A stretch of DNA of 63,769 nt, counting the filler, from Parasitella parasitica NRRL 2501 (Eukaryota > Fungi > Mucoromycota): assembly GCA_025201805.1 (NCBI GenBank). It is 11 parts of 11 records of this genome, joined end to end, with 100 filler letters (N's around TTAATTAATTAA, not from the genome) between each part and the next. Parts side by side here need not be neighbours in the genome. Positions count along the whole stretch, not along the records: positions 26,068 to 31,956 come from MU619259.1; positions 32,057 to 35,980 come from MU619535.1; positions 36,081 to 45,841 come from MU619263.1; 8 more parts are not named here. The stretch is one strand, 5' to 3'. Under the pieces are notes generated by a model, which saw only the letters and a list, made by a program, of their open reading frames with translations, made no database searches and had not been told where the DNA came from. Position numbers and translations under genes: made by a program. Shown here piece by piece: positions 26,769 through 38,598 of this stretch (positions are counted from its first letter, which is position 1; each line of letters begins with the position of its first letter).

Positions 26769-28481
26769 CACTACGGCCGAAGTAGTATTCCCATGGGTAT
26801 AATAATATGCAAAAATGGGCATAATAAAAAAAATTGGGCACATTAAGCTGTTCAAATGTGCATAGCAAGATGATCAAGGTTTTTAACGTAATTTATCAAA
26901 TTAACTAGATTGCGATATAATCACTAGTTGTGATAGCTTGGATGATTTAAGGAATATACGAGTTAATTTGGAGTCATTGCGAGCTCTCATTGTCGAGATA
27001 TATCAATTGTAATTTTATTAAATGGAAGTATTATGCACATGTGCATCTTAAGGTGGCCTAATGGTGACAGCGATAATAAGCCTCAGCTCATATAAATTAC
27101 AAAAAAATATCATACTGCGTATGTTCTGTTTTTTTTATTTACAGAAGGAAATAAGGTAAGCTATAAATTAACAATGTTGCCAGCATCTACTGACATATCA
27201 GCCTCAAATACATGAGATGGTGCTATGACCGAGAATTTGGTTCTGCTACCAATAAATTTCACCAAACCGACTTGTCTTTTTATGTCATATGGGATGGAGA
27301 TGACGGCGTACTTGGATGGAATGGTGGGGCTACCTTTGTCGACAACAGGAATGGCTTTATCGTGCTCAGCTGTTGTATGTCTTTTCATCACACGAAAAAA
27401 TGCCAAAAAGTACATACTACCTCTGAAAATGTGCTTGAAAAAAAACAAGACTTCTCCAACAAACCACTTTCTACGAGACACAAACTNNNNNNNNNNNNNN
27501 NNNNNNNNNNNNNNNNNNNNNNNNNNNNNNNNNNNNNNNNNNNNNNNNNNNNNNNNNNNNNNNNNNNNNNNNNNNNNNNNNNNNNNNNNNNNNNNNNNNN
27601 NNNNNNNNNNNNNNNNNNNNNNNNNNNNNNNNNNNNNNNNNNNNNNNNNNNNNNNNNNNNNNNNNNNNNNNNNNNNNNNNNNNNNNNNNNNNNNNNNNNN
27701 NNNNNNNNNNNNNNNNNNNNNNNNNNNNNNNNNNNNNNNNNNNNNNNNNNNNNNNNNNNNNNNNNNNNNNNNNNNNNNNNNNNNNNNNNNNNNNNNNNNN
27801 NNNNNNNNNNNNNNNNNNNNNNNNNNNNNNNNNNNNNNNNNNNNNNNNNNNNNNNNNNNNNNNNNNNNNNNNNNNNNNNNNNNNNNNNNNNNNNNNNNNN
27901 NNNNNNNNNNNNNNNNNNNNNNNNNNNNNNNNNNNNNNNNNNNNNNNNNNNNNNNNNNNNNNNNNNNNNNNNNNNNNNNNNNNNNNNNNNNNNNNNNNNN
28001 NNNNNNNNNNNNNNNNNNNNNNNNNNNNNNNNNNNNNNNNNNNNNNNNNNNNNNNNNNNNNNNNNNNNNNNNNNNNNNNNNNNNNNNNNNNNNNNNNNNN
28101 NNNNNNNNNNNNNNNNNNNNNNNNNNNNNNNNNNNNNNNNNNNNNNNNNNNNNNNNNNNNNNNNNNNNNNNNNNNNNNNNNNNNNNNNNNNNNNNNNNNN
28201 NNNNNNNNNNNNNNNNNNNNNNNNNNNNNNNNNNNNNNNNNNNNNNNNNNNNNNNNNNNNNNNNNNNNNNNNNNNNNNNNNNNNNNNNNNNNNNNNNNNN
28301 NNNNNNNNNNNNNNNNNNNNNNNNNNNNNNNNNNNNNNNNNNNNNNNNNNNNNNNNNNNNNNNNNNNNNNNNNNNNNNNNNNNNNNNNNNNNNNNNNNNN
28401 NNNNNNNNNNNNNNNNNNNNNNNNNNNNNNNNNNNNNNNNNNNNNNNNNNNNNNNNNNNNNNNNNNNNNNNNNNNNNNNNN

Positions 28482-29930
28482 AGCCAGTAATGCCTCTTTC
28501 AGCATCGCCGCGAATATACTCATCCAATGTTCTCAAATTGCTGTTTGTATAGCATAGGTACATTCCGTGGCTTCGGTTTGGTGGATGTTCAGCTCTTTGA
28601 ACGCAAATTCTACAAGGATAAAAGCTTTGGTGGGGAGCCACATGGCTAACGAGGTTGATAGCAGGGATGTCACCACCATTGAGCACCAGGTAAACTTTAG
28701 CACGACAAACAGTTTCACCAAATCTCTTAACAAGCATGCCATTTCTTTCGAGATAATGTAGTTCAGCCAAAATAGGTTTCAAAAAACTGTCCAGAGATGA
28801 TTTTGATGGCCCAGGAGTAAATAGCTAATTGAACATGATATGTCTGTCTATATCTAGTTCTGCTGTCATAATTGAGAACGACGAGGTGTACCATATTAAA
28901 AAGGCGTAATCCACGCTTGTCCGTTACAAATCCATCCGTAAAAAACATAACAGCAACATCATCAGGACTTTGGAATTTCCCTTGGTTTAGAAATTGCTGA
29001 TACAATGCACCATCAAAAAAATCTTTGAGATGGTTTGGTGTACTTTCATAATTTGCACGATACGCAAGTTTTTCTCGGGTGCTTTGGTTGCTCAACAATT
29101 TCGACACAATGTCACCAACAGACAAGATCTTCATTCTTTGGATTTCCCTGCCATTTTGATCAAAACGATCCTTTTCACAACTACTGCAAAATTCTTCATC
29201 GTCATCCAAGTTGTATAATTTACATCCATTGACACATGTATCATACTCGTGAGCGGTAAAAGCGATTTTTTTCTGGAGCAGATCATTGACGACAGAACCA
29301 TGTAAAATATGGGCATCAGGAGCCTCTATTCATAATGGTATATATTTAAAAACAATACTCTACCAATCCAATCCCAATCTATTTAACATACCTTCCATCA
29401 TAGTGTTATGGTCTCTAATCATAGTATTCATTAAGCGCACTATTTGACGGTGGCATTCGCGAGGAACAGCATATTCTTCCATAAGATCGGCAAGGTAGAT
29501 GCTATACAGCTCAAATTTCCTCAAGTCTTGGTACGTATGATAATCGTCATAAACACAGTGAGGATCTTCACCACCCACAAATTCACCAGACGTTTTATAT
29601 GGTATATCGAGATTAGCTCTGTCAAAGTCAACTTCGACATGATCATTCGGGCGTACATTGTTCTCAGCAGGTAAAGTAAAATTGTCATTGAAATCTAATA
29701 CGACAGCGGACAGGATATATTGTTGGATGTTAGGTTCTGCTGGCAGAATGCATAAAAAAAAATTACCTGCATCGGCTGGAACATCCTCCATTTGAGTATC
29801 ACCATCATAATCAACATTGGAAACATCGGGGAAATCAGTATGGCTGGAATTATCCAGATCCAGAGCATATGAAGTTTGTCTGCCATTAGACTGAGCGATA
29901 TCGCCATCTGTGGAATCGGTATAAATTGTT
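28482..29930 (-). mobile_element. CACTA/EnSpm (Transposase_21/Tnp2-like) transposase, frameshifted, runs into an N gap
   Basis: C..C..RF, DFFDGALY, FFTDGF, MKPILAEL, LNGGDIPA and FYPCRIC motifs. Confidence 0.85.
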
Positions 29931-31166
29931 ATATGGATTCACGGAAAAAAATTATAATAAAAAAACAATAAAGTCAACTTGATAAGGTATAGGTTTTATT
30001 ATCAAATCGACAGGTGTATAAAGCTCCAGTTCATCTACTGGCCAGGTAGATGAACCTTTATATGCTTAAACTGTGGAAAAATGTTCTATTCTCGCAATTT
30101 AACATGTACGACAATACTGCGTAACTAGCATCTTAACTTTGTGCTAACCTACATATCAGCAGACTCAAGATAACTTAAATCTATTTGAGTGAGGAGATAG
30201 ACACTTTACCCGAGGTAGTACCCTGATCAATCTTCTATGCGAAGATTATTAATATCGATCCATAAGCGTATATCATTCCTTGTATAGTCTTATCCAGTCT
30301 ATATTAAAAGTACATGTCTGAGTGTATATCACTTGGTATTCATCTTAGCATATACAGTATCGGTATATGTAGCATGTCTATAACATATCATAAGCATATC
30401 TATAGCATTGCACATATTGTACAAGTCTGTAGTAGTACATGATGTATCTGTAGCTAGTATCATGGATATAAGTATATGTCTTGTAGTGCGTATGTGAAAT
30501 TACTAGTAAAAAATATGTAAAAAAATACTTTTTAAAACTGTTATTTATTTTTTAGATGAAGCTCATCAAAATGTCAATTAAAAACTATCNNNNNNNNNNN
30601 NNNNNNNNNNNNNNNNNNNNNNNNNNNNNNNNNNNNNNNNNNNNNNNNNNNNNNNNNNNNNNNNNNNNNNNNNNNNNNNNNNNNNNNNNNNNNNNNNNNN
30701 NNNNNNNNNNNNNNNNNNNNNNNNNNNNNNNNNNNNNNNNNNNNNNNNNNNNNNNNNNNNNNNNNNNNNNNNNNNNNNNNNNNNNNNNNNNNNNNNNNNN
30801 NNNNNNNNNNNNNNNNNNNNNNNNNNNNNNNNNNNNNNNNNNNNNNNNNNNNNNNNNNNNNNNNNNNNNNNNNNNNNNNNNNNNNNNNNNNNNNNNNNNN
30901 NNNNNNNNNNNNNNNNNNNNNNNNNNNNNNNNNNNNNNNNNNNNNNNNNNNNNNNNNNNNNNNNNNNNNNNNNNNNNNNNNNNNNNNNNNNNNNNNNNNN
31001 NNNNNNNNNNNNNNNNNNNNNNNNNNNNNNNNNNNNNNNNNNNNNNNNNNNNNNNNNNNNNNNNNNNNNNNNNNNNNNNNNNNNNNNNNNNNNNNNNNNN
31101 NNNNNNNNNNNNNNNNNNNNNNNNNNNNNNNNNNNNNNNNNNNNNNNNNNNNNNNNNNNNNNNNNN

Positions 31167-31351
31167 TGCAGATCATCATGGTGAATGTATTTCACACCAT
31201 CGTTTCTGATTGTGTAGGTTACAGGCGAGACATTAGGATGGCTACGTGAATGGTTGTTTCTAGAAACATAGCCATCAAGTTCAGCTTGACAAATGTTGCA
31301 AACGTAAACGTTTCTTTGTCTTTGGAGAGGAGCTGATGAATTGTAGTTCAT
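31167..31351 (-). mobile_element. C2H2-finger-like ORF start, probably the N-terminus of a CACTA transposase
   Basis: YVCNICQAELDGYVSRNNHSRSH; a DNA fragment of it recurs at ~57578 and ~59465. Confidence 0.5.
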
Positions 31352-31597
31352 TGTCGATAGTAAATATGGCTTTTGTATAAAACTATGTTTGAATGTAAAA
31401 CAAGGTGAACTCGACTTGTCTTTTAAATAAAAACAGTATCTTTTTTCATGTTGTCACATCTAAGCTATTATAGCTTGTGTTCATGCATTAATTATGTCAT
31501 GCATACTGTAAATAGCTGAATTTACTAGTGGCGTTAAATATCATCATAACGAGCACAGAAAATACGCCTTTTTTATTCTTAATATTTAGTGTAAAAA

Positions 31598-31956
31598 TGA
31601 AGAACTCAATGAACAACGGCAATGGCAATGGTAACAACAACTACAACCATAACAGTAACTACAACTCGATTATGGATGCTATCACAGCATTGCAAAACCG
31701 AATCGATCAGCAAAACCATCAAATTCAAAATTTGATGAACCATCAACTATTGCCTGCAGCAACAAGCAACAACCAATTGCCAGCGTATAACAACGCCCCT
31801 TTAACCCCATTAGTTGGTATAGTATATCATATCTATAAAGAGTGAACTCCGGTAATAATGTTTTCCTTAATTTTAAGCCTATCTCGACCCGACTGTTAGA
31901 AGTCGATTAACTGAAAACCCGAATCGACTGGGCAACAGAGACATACTATTTTATCC
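31598..31956 (+). CDS. Asn/Gln-rich coiled-coil ORF start, likely the accessory ORF of the CACTA element (truncated by contig end)
   Basis: MKNSMNNGNGNGNNNYNHN...IMDAITALQNRIDQQ; divergent from the zinc-finger ORF. Confidence 0.4.
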
Positions 31957-32056
31957 NNNNNNNNNNNNNNNNNNNNNNNNNNNNNNNNNNNNNNNNNNNN
32001 TTAATTAATTAANNNNNNNNNNNNNNNNNNNNNNNNNNNNNNNNNNNNNNNNNNNN

Positions 32057-34137
32057 ATTGTTTTATCGTTCTCCCAGACTCTACATCCCAGCATCATCAT
32101 CCCATGGCTTTCCACATCCGGATCAACACAGCCATCCACCAGCATCTGATCGTTACAGGATACATTGATGGCACGAAGATAGAAATTACGAAGAGCAGAT
32201 AAAAACTTTGATTTTCCTATTTCGAGTGGAAGATGATAAAAATCTGAACAATATATTGGTTCCCACAGCTGCAGCATTTGTTCTTTATCTGGACAGAATA
32301 CATCCCGAAATGATTTGGCACAGTAGGAACGAGGAGCAAGCATATCAAGCGTGCCAAAGAATGAATCATCGAGCAAGTTGGCAATATACGAACGAACAGC
32401 AAGTCGTTCCAGCACCTTTGTTGCATTTTCCCCAACATTGCTCTTACTTTTGATCAGCTTCTTGTATCTGCCGATAGCTCGCTCTTGGGAGTAGCAACTG
32501 TATGCGGGCATGCAGCCATTCATTTGGATTGATTCGTGGACGTGAAGCAGATAGTGTTGTGTACGCCTCATCACACCAGGCTTGATATGCTTTGATGCCG
32601 CGACCAATTTTCCAGCCTCAATAAGGGCCTTTCTGTCAATCCAAAATGGAAAAGCCTCGTGTGACATGTACTCAAGATTGTTCATGGTAAACATAAACTT
32701 TGGTGCCTTGTTTGTGTCCTTGTTGAGTGAAACAGTGATCAAATCGTATACAGCCTTAGAAATGTTATGTTCAATCAAATGCATCGAGTCAAGCAACACA
32801 AAATAAGGGGAGTTCAATGTTACAAGGTCAGAAAACACTGCTTTTGATTAGATACCTAAATGCTACATATTGGAATGATTTAATAGAAAATTAGCCATTT
32901 TTTCATAACTTTACTCATTATTCATACTTACGTTTGCAGGATCTGGATGTTTAGAATCGTTGATATGCCTATCAGCTGCGGTACGCTCAAGAAAACATGT
33001 GTGGTGATTGACGTTTGTAGTTTCCGTTCGACAGATGCGACATTCATATTTAGAGTTGAAGCCAAAATGATTACAGAGCTATATAAGGTGTGTTAGTTTT
33101 TCATGAACTCACAACACATTGAGTAATAGTTATACAATAAACTTACGTCCACAGCGGCAGGCAAATCACCACCAGCAATTAAAATACACACATGACTCAA
33201 GCAGACTCTCATGTCGTTCTTCATTATAACCAGGCCGTGTTGTGCCAATTTGTCGGCTTCCTTCATTATGGGCTCTAGAAAGGTTTCAATCATAGGATTG
33301 TTTGGCCCAGGAATTATACCAATCTGGCGAGTGTATTCATCCTTTTATCGAATTTGCGGATCCAAGTGGTAATTGATCAGATGAAGGATGCACATCTTTG
33401 CAGATTGATTCAACTTTGTTGCCGTGAACCCATCAATGAAAAGCCCAAACGCAACGTCAGTAGAATTGGTGAAGCAGCCACCTTCAAGAAAAGTCTTGTA
33501 GCGTTCACCATTATATATATATCAGAATAGCCATCCGGGTTGTATTCATACTGATGTCGGTAATTCATCAGCTCTCTTGTTGCGTCATTAGCCAGTATCA
33601 ATGAAACGACCTTGGTCAATGTAAACATCTTCATCTGTCTAACTGGGGTAATTCCATCAGCTTTATATTGCGGCTCTTTGCAATCTTGATTGGCGCAAAA
33701 AAGATCAGCAAGTGCCATAAAATATACATACAAACAGCTCATCTATTAGGGCTTACCTTGATGGCGGTGTTTAACGGTGTTATGCTTCAATAGAGATCTA
33801 AAGAGATACAGACTCTCTCTAACTGCTTCTCTGAAAATCCCATATGTGTCTGTTATATTGGCATACTTGGTTGAAAACAGCTCGGTTTGAGTGTAACTTC
33901 GTCAGATGGCACCTGGCATACAATGGCTTGTGATTGTTGATTTTGATCTGCTTTTTAAGAGAGGGAAGTTAGAAAATTAGTTATTTTACAAGCATTATAC
34001 ATAATTACTGACTTTTGGGACTTAGCACGATGCTTGGCTTTTTCTTGGTGGATTTCGTCGGTAATGATTCTTTCGATTTTGCTTACATGGAAAGTACGGT
34101 TACAGCCTCTTTGGTAAGGATACGATACAGGGGGCAT
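32057..34137 (-). mobile_element. Second CACTA/EnSpm transposase pseudogene
   Basis: FLEPIMKE, AGGDLPA, ECRIC, LDSMHL, TQHYLLH and YSQERAIGRYKK motifs; frameshifts and introns. Confidence 0.88.
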
Positions 34138-34418
34138 AGTTAAAATAAGAGAGTATTTTGATAGAATAAAATGAAAGAAAGTGATGCAAAACTAAAGTCG
34201 CTCTACTTACATGTGTATGTTTTGTGATTTGTTTTTTATGCAAATGTTTTGAGAGAAAATGTATTTTTTTTTTTTGATCTGGCCATCAAAATTTCTATAT
34301 AGTTGGATAGAAAATAATCATACAAAACAAATCTACGGCTTTATAAAAATTGAGTATCGGTTAGAAATCAGCTTTGACATATTTTCTATACACAAATACT
34401 GTTAATAATACATTCAAG

Positions 34419-35218
34419 ATGACTAGCAGAAGAGTAAATCACGCCAACGCCATGTCTCATAAGACTAATTTGGAAAAGTTAATGGAGGAGCACAAGAAGA
34501 CTCAATGTCTGCTCAGGGATGTTCTTGAAAAACAAGTCATATCCAACGATTTGAATCTCGAGTTGATTAAGTTGATAGCACCCTTATTTCCACCATCAAT
34601 GAATATATATGGCGCAAGTACTAAAATAGAGGAAGCACCTGCTACAGGTAGTAGTAACCTCAAAACATTGTAAATATATAACATTGAGAGTTCTAACACA
34701 TTAATTCGCTAAATTGCACGATCAGTAGCTCAATTAACGGCTATTACAAACATAGCAAACTCGAATATTAAAGGCAATCGCGTTATACCCTCAAGCTTGA
34801 CTGGACCAGGAGTCAAAAAGATAACGGCTAGCTTAATGATGCTTTTGGAATATTTGCTTGACCATTATCCTCCAAGCGGGCCTGAAAAAACCTTGATGTT
34901 GATGCTGATCTTTCTCTTGGACGTCAAAATAACAGCAAAAACAAGACAGCTAAAGATTACTACGCTGAAATTAAGCTGATGACACGTAGGATTAGAGCCA
35001 CAGCTTGTGAAACTCATCTTGAGATCAAATCTTTGTCTTGGAAGGGTGTGGAAGACAAGTTCACTTCATTACATTGTAAGCAGCTAACTTGCAATCTTGA
35101 ATCCAAGGCCTATTTGCAAGGAGGTATTAAGCTGCACTTGTGTGAAAACCAATGGGGCGCTGATCGTTTTCTTTTTGAATGTTTTCGTGCGGCAGCCAAG
35201 GATCAAGTTAGCATATAG
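34419..35218 (+). pseudogene. Divergent accessory ORF of the CACTA element, degenerate
   Basis: Fragmented ORFs MTSRRVNHANA... and ...LSWKGV...LHLCENQWGADRFL, head-to-head with the transposase. Confidence 0.45.
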
Positions 35219-35534
35219 TATAATATGATATATCAGGCATACAATCAGACATATAATCTTCAGCGGATGTCACATAGCAAATAAACCAAATAATTAAATA
35301 CATTATATTCATCATGTTGAGACACTCAGATAATTAGATACATTATATTCATCATATTAAGACACTCAATACAACAGCTGTAGTATCAACTGCTTTCAAT
35401 TACTTCATTTGAGCAGCAATTTACTGTAAAATAAACTCATTCCGATAAAATGTGTAATCTTTAGGCATGTTTAACTAACAATTGCGTATCTTACGTTGTT
35501 TCCATGTGCTTCTTTTTTTTTTTTTTTTTTTACG

Positions 35535-35980
35535 ATGTTAGTACAATACTGCATCAATTATGTGTTTTCGAATGTTGAACCATTTCCTATCTTTCAATCA
35601 CCAACTCTTCAACTGGCCAATATCCATTTCTTCCAGAGGTCTTTGGTTGAGGATATTTCACGAGCCATTGTGTAAAAAGAAACACCGCCAGCAGTGTACT
35701 GAAGATGGTCTGGCAGAGTTGCGGTTGGGATAGCACAAGGTGATAAACATGGCTGGTGATTGGTACGTTGTTGCCACTGACAATATCCAGAATGCGTTGC
35801 TGGAATAGCTGGGCTTCCTTGTGTGCAGCTTTTTGCTTCTCACTAATTTCAGTCATTCCAGCATTGATTAGCCTTTTGATTTCTTCAAGCTGCTGTAGAA
35901 TCTCGAGGGCAACGCCACTGATGTTCAGAGAGTCCGGCTCTTTATCAGCATCTAAATGAGCATCCACTTTTCTGTAGGAA
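35535..35980 (-). mobile_element. GCR1_C-domain remnant (Crypton-type tyrosine recombinase transposon C-terminus)
   Basis: Minus-strand frames give YTMAREISSTKDLWKKW, WPVEEL and WFNIRKHII, matching the GCR1_C pattern; frameshifted. Confidence 0.6.
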
Positions 35981-36080
35981 NNNNNNNNNNNNNNNNNNNN
36001 NNNNNNNNNNNNNNNNNNNNNNNNTTAATTAATTAANNNNNNNNNNNNNNNNNNNNNNNNNNNNNNNNNNNNNNNNNNNN

Positions 36081-37794
36081 CACACGGCAATAGATTTGCC
36101 CAAACAAACCATCTTGCCATTAGTAGAGCATTTTGCACCATCTTCAATACCAGAATCGGTAGATTTACAGGTTGAGGACGAAGCACTTTCAGCAATGTCT
36201 GTTTCGTCAGAGCTTTCGGTTACTTCACCCTCTTCAGATTCTTCACTTTCTTCATTCTCTTCACTTTCTTCATTCTCTTCACTTTCTTCATTCTCTTCAC
36301 CTTCTTCAGACACTTCACTTTCTTCAGTCTCTTCATCTTCTTCAGTCTCTTCATCTTCCTCAGTCTCTTCATCTTCCTCAGTCTCTTCGTCTTCTTCAGA
36401 CTCTTCATCTTCCTCCGACTCTTCATCTTCCTCAGACTCTTCATCTTCCTCAGACTCTTCATCTTCCTCAGACCCTTCATCTTCCTCAGACTCTTCATCG
36501 TCTTCGGTTTCATCTTCAGTACCTATGGACTCTTTAGTACTTTGATCGTGGCTCTTTGTTGAATTTGGACTCTTTGCAGTCGATGTACCTTCTTCATCAT
36601 CTTCACCATTATTATCTTTGTCTTTTACATTTCCATCACCTGACAGACCATGAACCAAATCAGCAATCGCAGCTTGGTAACTAGGAGATACCTCCTTATT
36701 AGCGTATGAGGAGGCAGCATCCCAAAGAGTAACACCACCAAAACTTGAATAACTGGACTTTAACTTTTTTACTAAAGGCTCGAGAGTATCAAACTTGATA
36801 TAGCCGCTGCCAGCAGCGGCGCTAGAGCCAGGTGTGCCCAAGAAAACCTTCACATTTTTATTTGGCGAAGTCTTCTTGGCCCACTTATCCCAAGTATTAA
36901 AGTTAAATTGATCTTTTAAAGGAGAGCAATAATTATTATAGAATTGCACATTGACAAAGTCAAAGTCGGCGGCATTAAGAGCAGTGCTTAACATAGCATC
37001 AGGGTAAGGACATTGAGGAGCCGCAGAAATGTAATATTGTTTTGAAGAATCTGAAGCAAAATGTTTACGGAGACGTTTAACCAATGCCTGTTATGTAAAG
37101 CGTTAAAAAGATAACAATGGATGTCGGTTTCATTACTTACTGCATAGCCGATGGGTCCGCCACTCTCAATATCGAGATCGAAGCCATCAAGAACAGCATC
37201 ACCAAATGGGCGAGTCTTACTTTCACCACCGCCGAAAAGGTTCCAAAGGGTATCAGCAAATGCTTCAGCATTAGCATCATTTGTGAAACCATAAGCACCA
37301 TTTGCGCCACCAAGAGACATTATTACAGGCTTTCCCTTTTTTTGACAGGTTTTGATATCTATTTAATTGAACAGCAAACATGTTATTAGTAGATTGCTCT
37401 ATTGATGTATTTGTATATATACCTTCTGCTACTTTATCGCATTTCAATAATGTTGTACCTGGAAATACAGGCCCATCACAAGCGTTTGCTAGATTAAGCA
37501 AAGGAATACTGCCGTCTTTAAAGTCGAGCACAAACGACATAATCATTACATCTGATTTATCGTCGCAATAGGAAGCAAGGCTTTCTTGGCTATCTTCCTT
37601 ATTCACAGAGTTCTTTAATTTTCACAAAATAAAAAGAGAATTAACAAGAATATTCAAGCGCTATCTTATGCCAAGAAACTATTTACCTGGCCCCAATAAG
37701 TGGCAACGCTTGGTTTATCGAGAAAACTGGCTGCATTTGTTGTTGAGATCGTTAAGAGTATTGTTGCTGTAGCAACACTAATAAATTTACGCAT
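36081..37794 (-). CDS. GH18 class III (Cts1-like) endochitinase with signal peptide, acidic stalk and start of a Cys-rich CBM19-like domain; 3' end lost in gap
   Basis: MRKFISVA signal, [21 protein letters not shown] catalytic motif, [24 protein letters not shown], then C..NGKMVC. Confidence 0.95.
36230..36510 (-). repeat. 18-bp coding minisatellite encoding (EEDEES/T)n and (EENEES)n
   Basis: ctcttcatcttcctcaga-type units repeated ~14 times. Confidence 0.92.
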
Positions 37795-38598
37795 TCTTTT
37801 ACGTCAATTGAGCTGAAAAATGTAGAAAATGATTCAACTTGACCTTTATCTTCTTTTATAGCAGTTCACTCAATTGTAAACAATGGACAATGAATAATGG
37901 ATAATAATCCAACATCATAGATCTAGCCTCGCCTTGTTTGTTCATTCTATTGTAAAAAAAAAAAAGACTTGTACTTTTTTGACTTGGCTTGTCGCATTGT
38001 CCAGTGATTCGTCAATAATACAAAGGGAGTCAGCAGCTGTAGTTTAACCTGGTGTTTATTATTGTATTCTTGCAGCATTGATCGTCGTTTGATAGCAAAC
38101 AATCAACCAAATGCAATGTGTAGTAGTGTTTTTTTTTTTTTTTTTGCTAATTATTTTCAAGTAATAACTCGATTGAATTTTAAACCAAGAAAATGATAGC
38201 ATCTGGCAGCAGTGGTTATTCCTCAGTAAAATCATTAAAGTATCCCACACTTTCTATTCTTCTGAAAACGAGATCAAATCGATAAACGAAAATGCGAGCA
38301 TGTAGTGCAAGCTCCATACTAAGCCATCATGTATTAAAAATCAATTGAATTTCGAAAACAATCAGACATCAAGGCTTTTAATCTGATCGATTGGAGTCTG
38401 GGGGTCCTTTTTTTTGTTTGTTTAAATTTGTTAGCATAAATGATAAATATCATTGTTCCTTCGTTGGAAACAAACGGGATTTTTTAAGATATGTTTCAAT
38501 TGAGCAGCTAAAAGAGAAACATAAAACATGCTGCGGGAAAATACTCTGTTCTATACTTTTATTATAATTATTACTACTCACATATAAATCAAAAAAGA

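Noticed and set aside
27212-31351. Long ORFs in the track (446, 421, 464, 350, 217, 257 aa)
   Set aside because: Mostly X residues from N gaps.
36096-36545. Ser-rich, (QTLHLP)n and (KMKSLR)n ORFs
   Set aside because: Alternative-frame and antisense shadows of the chitinase minisatellite.
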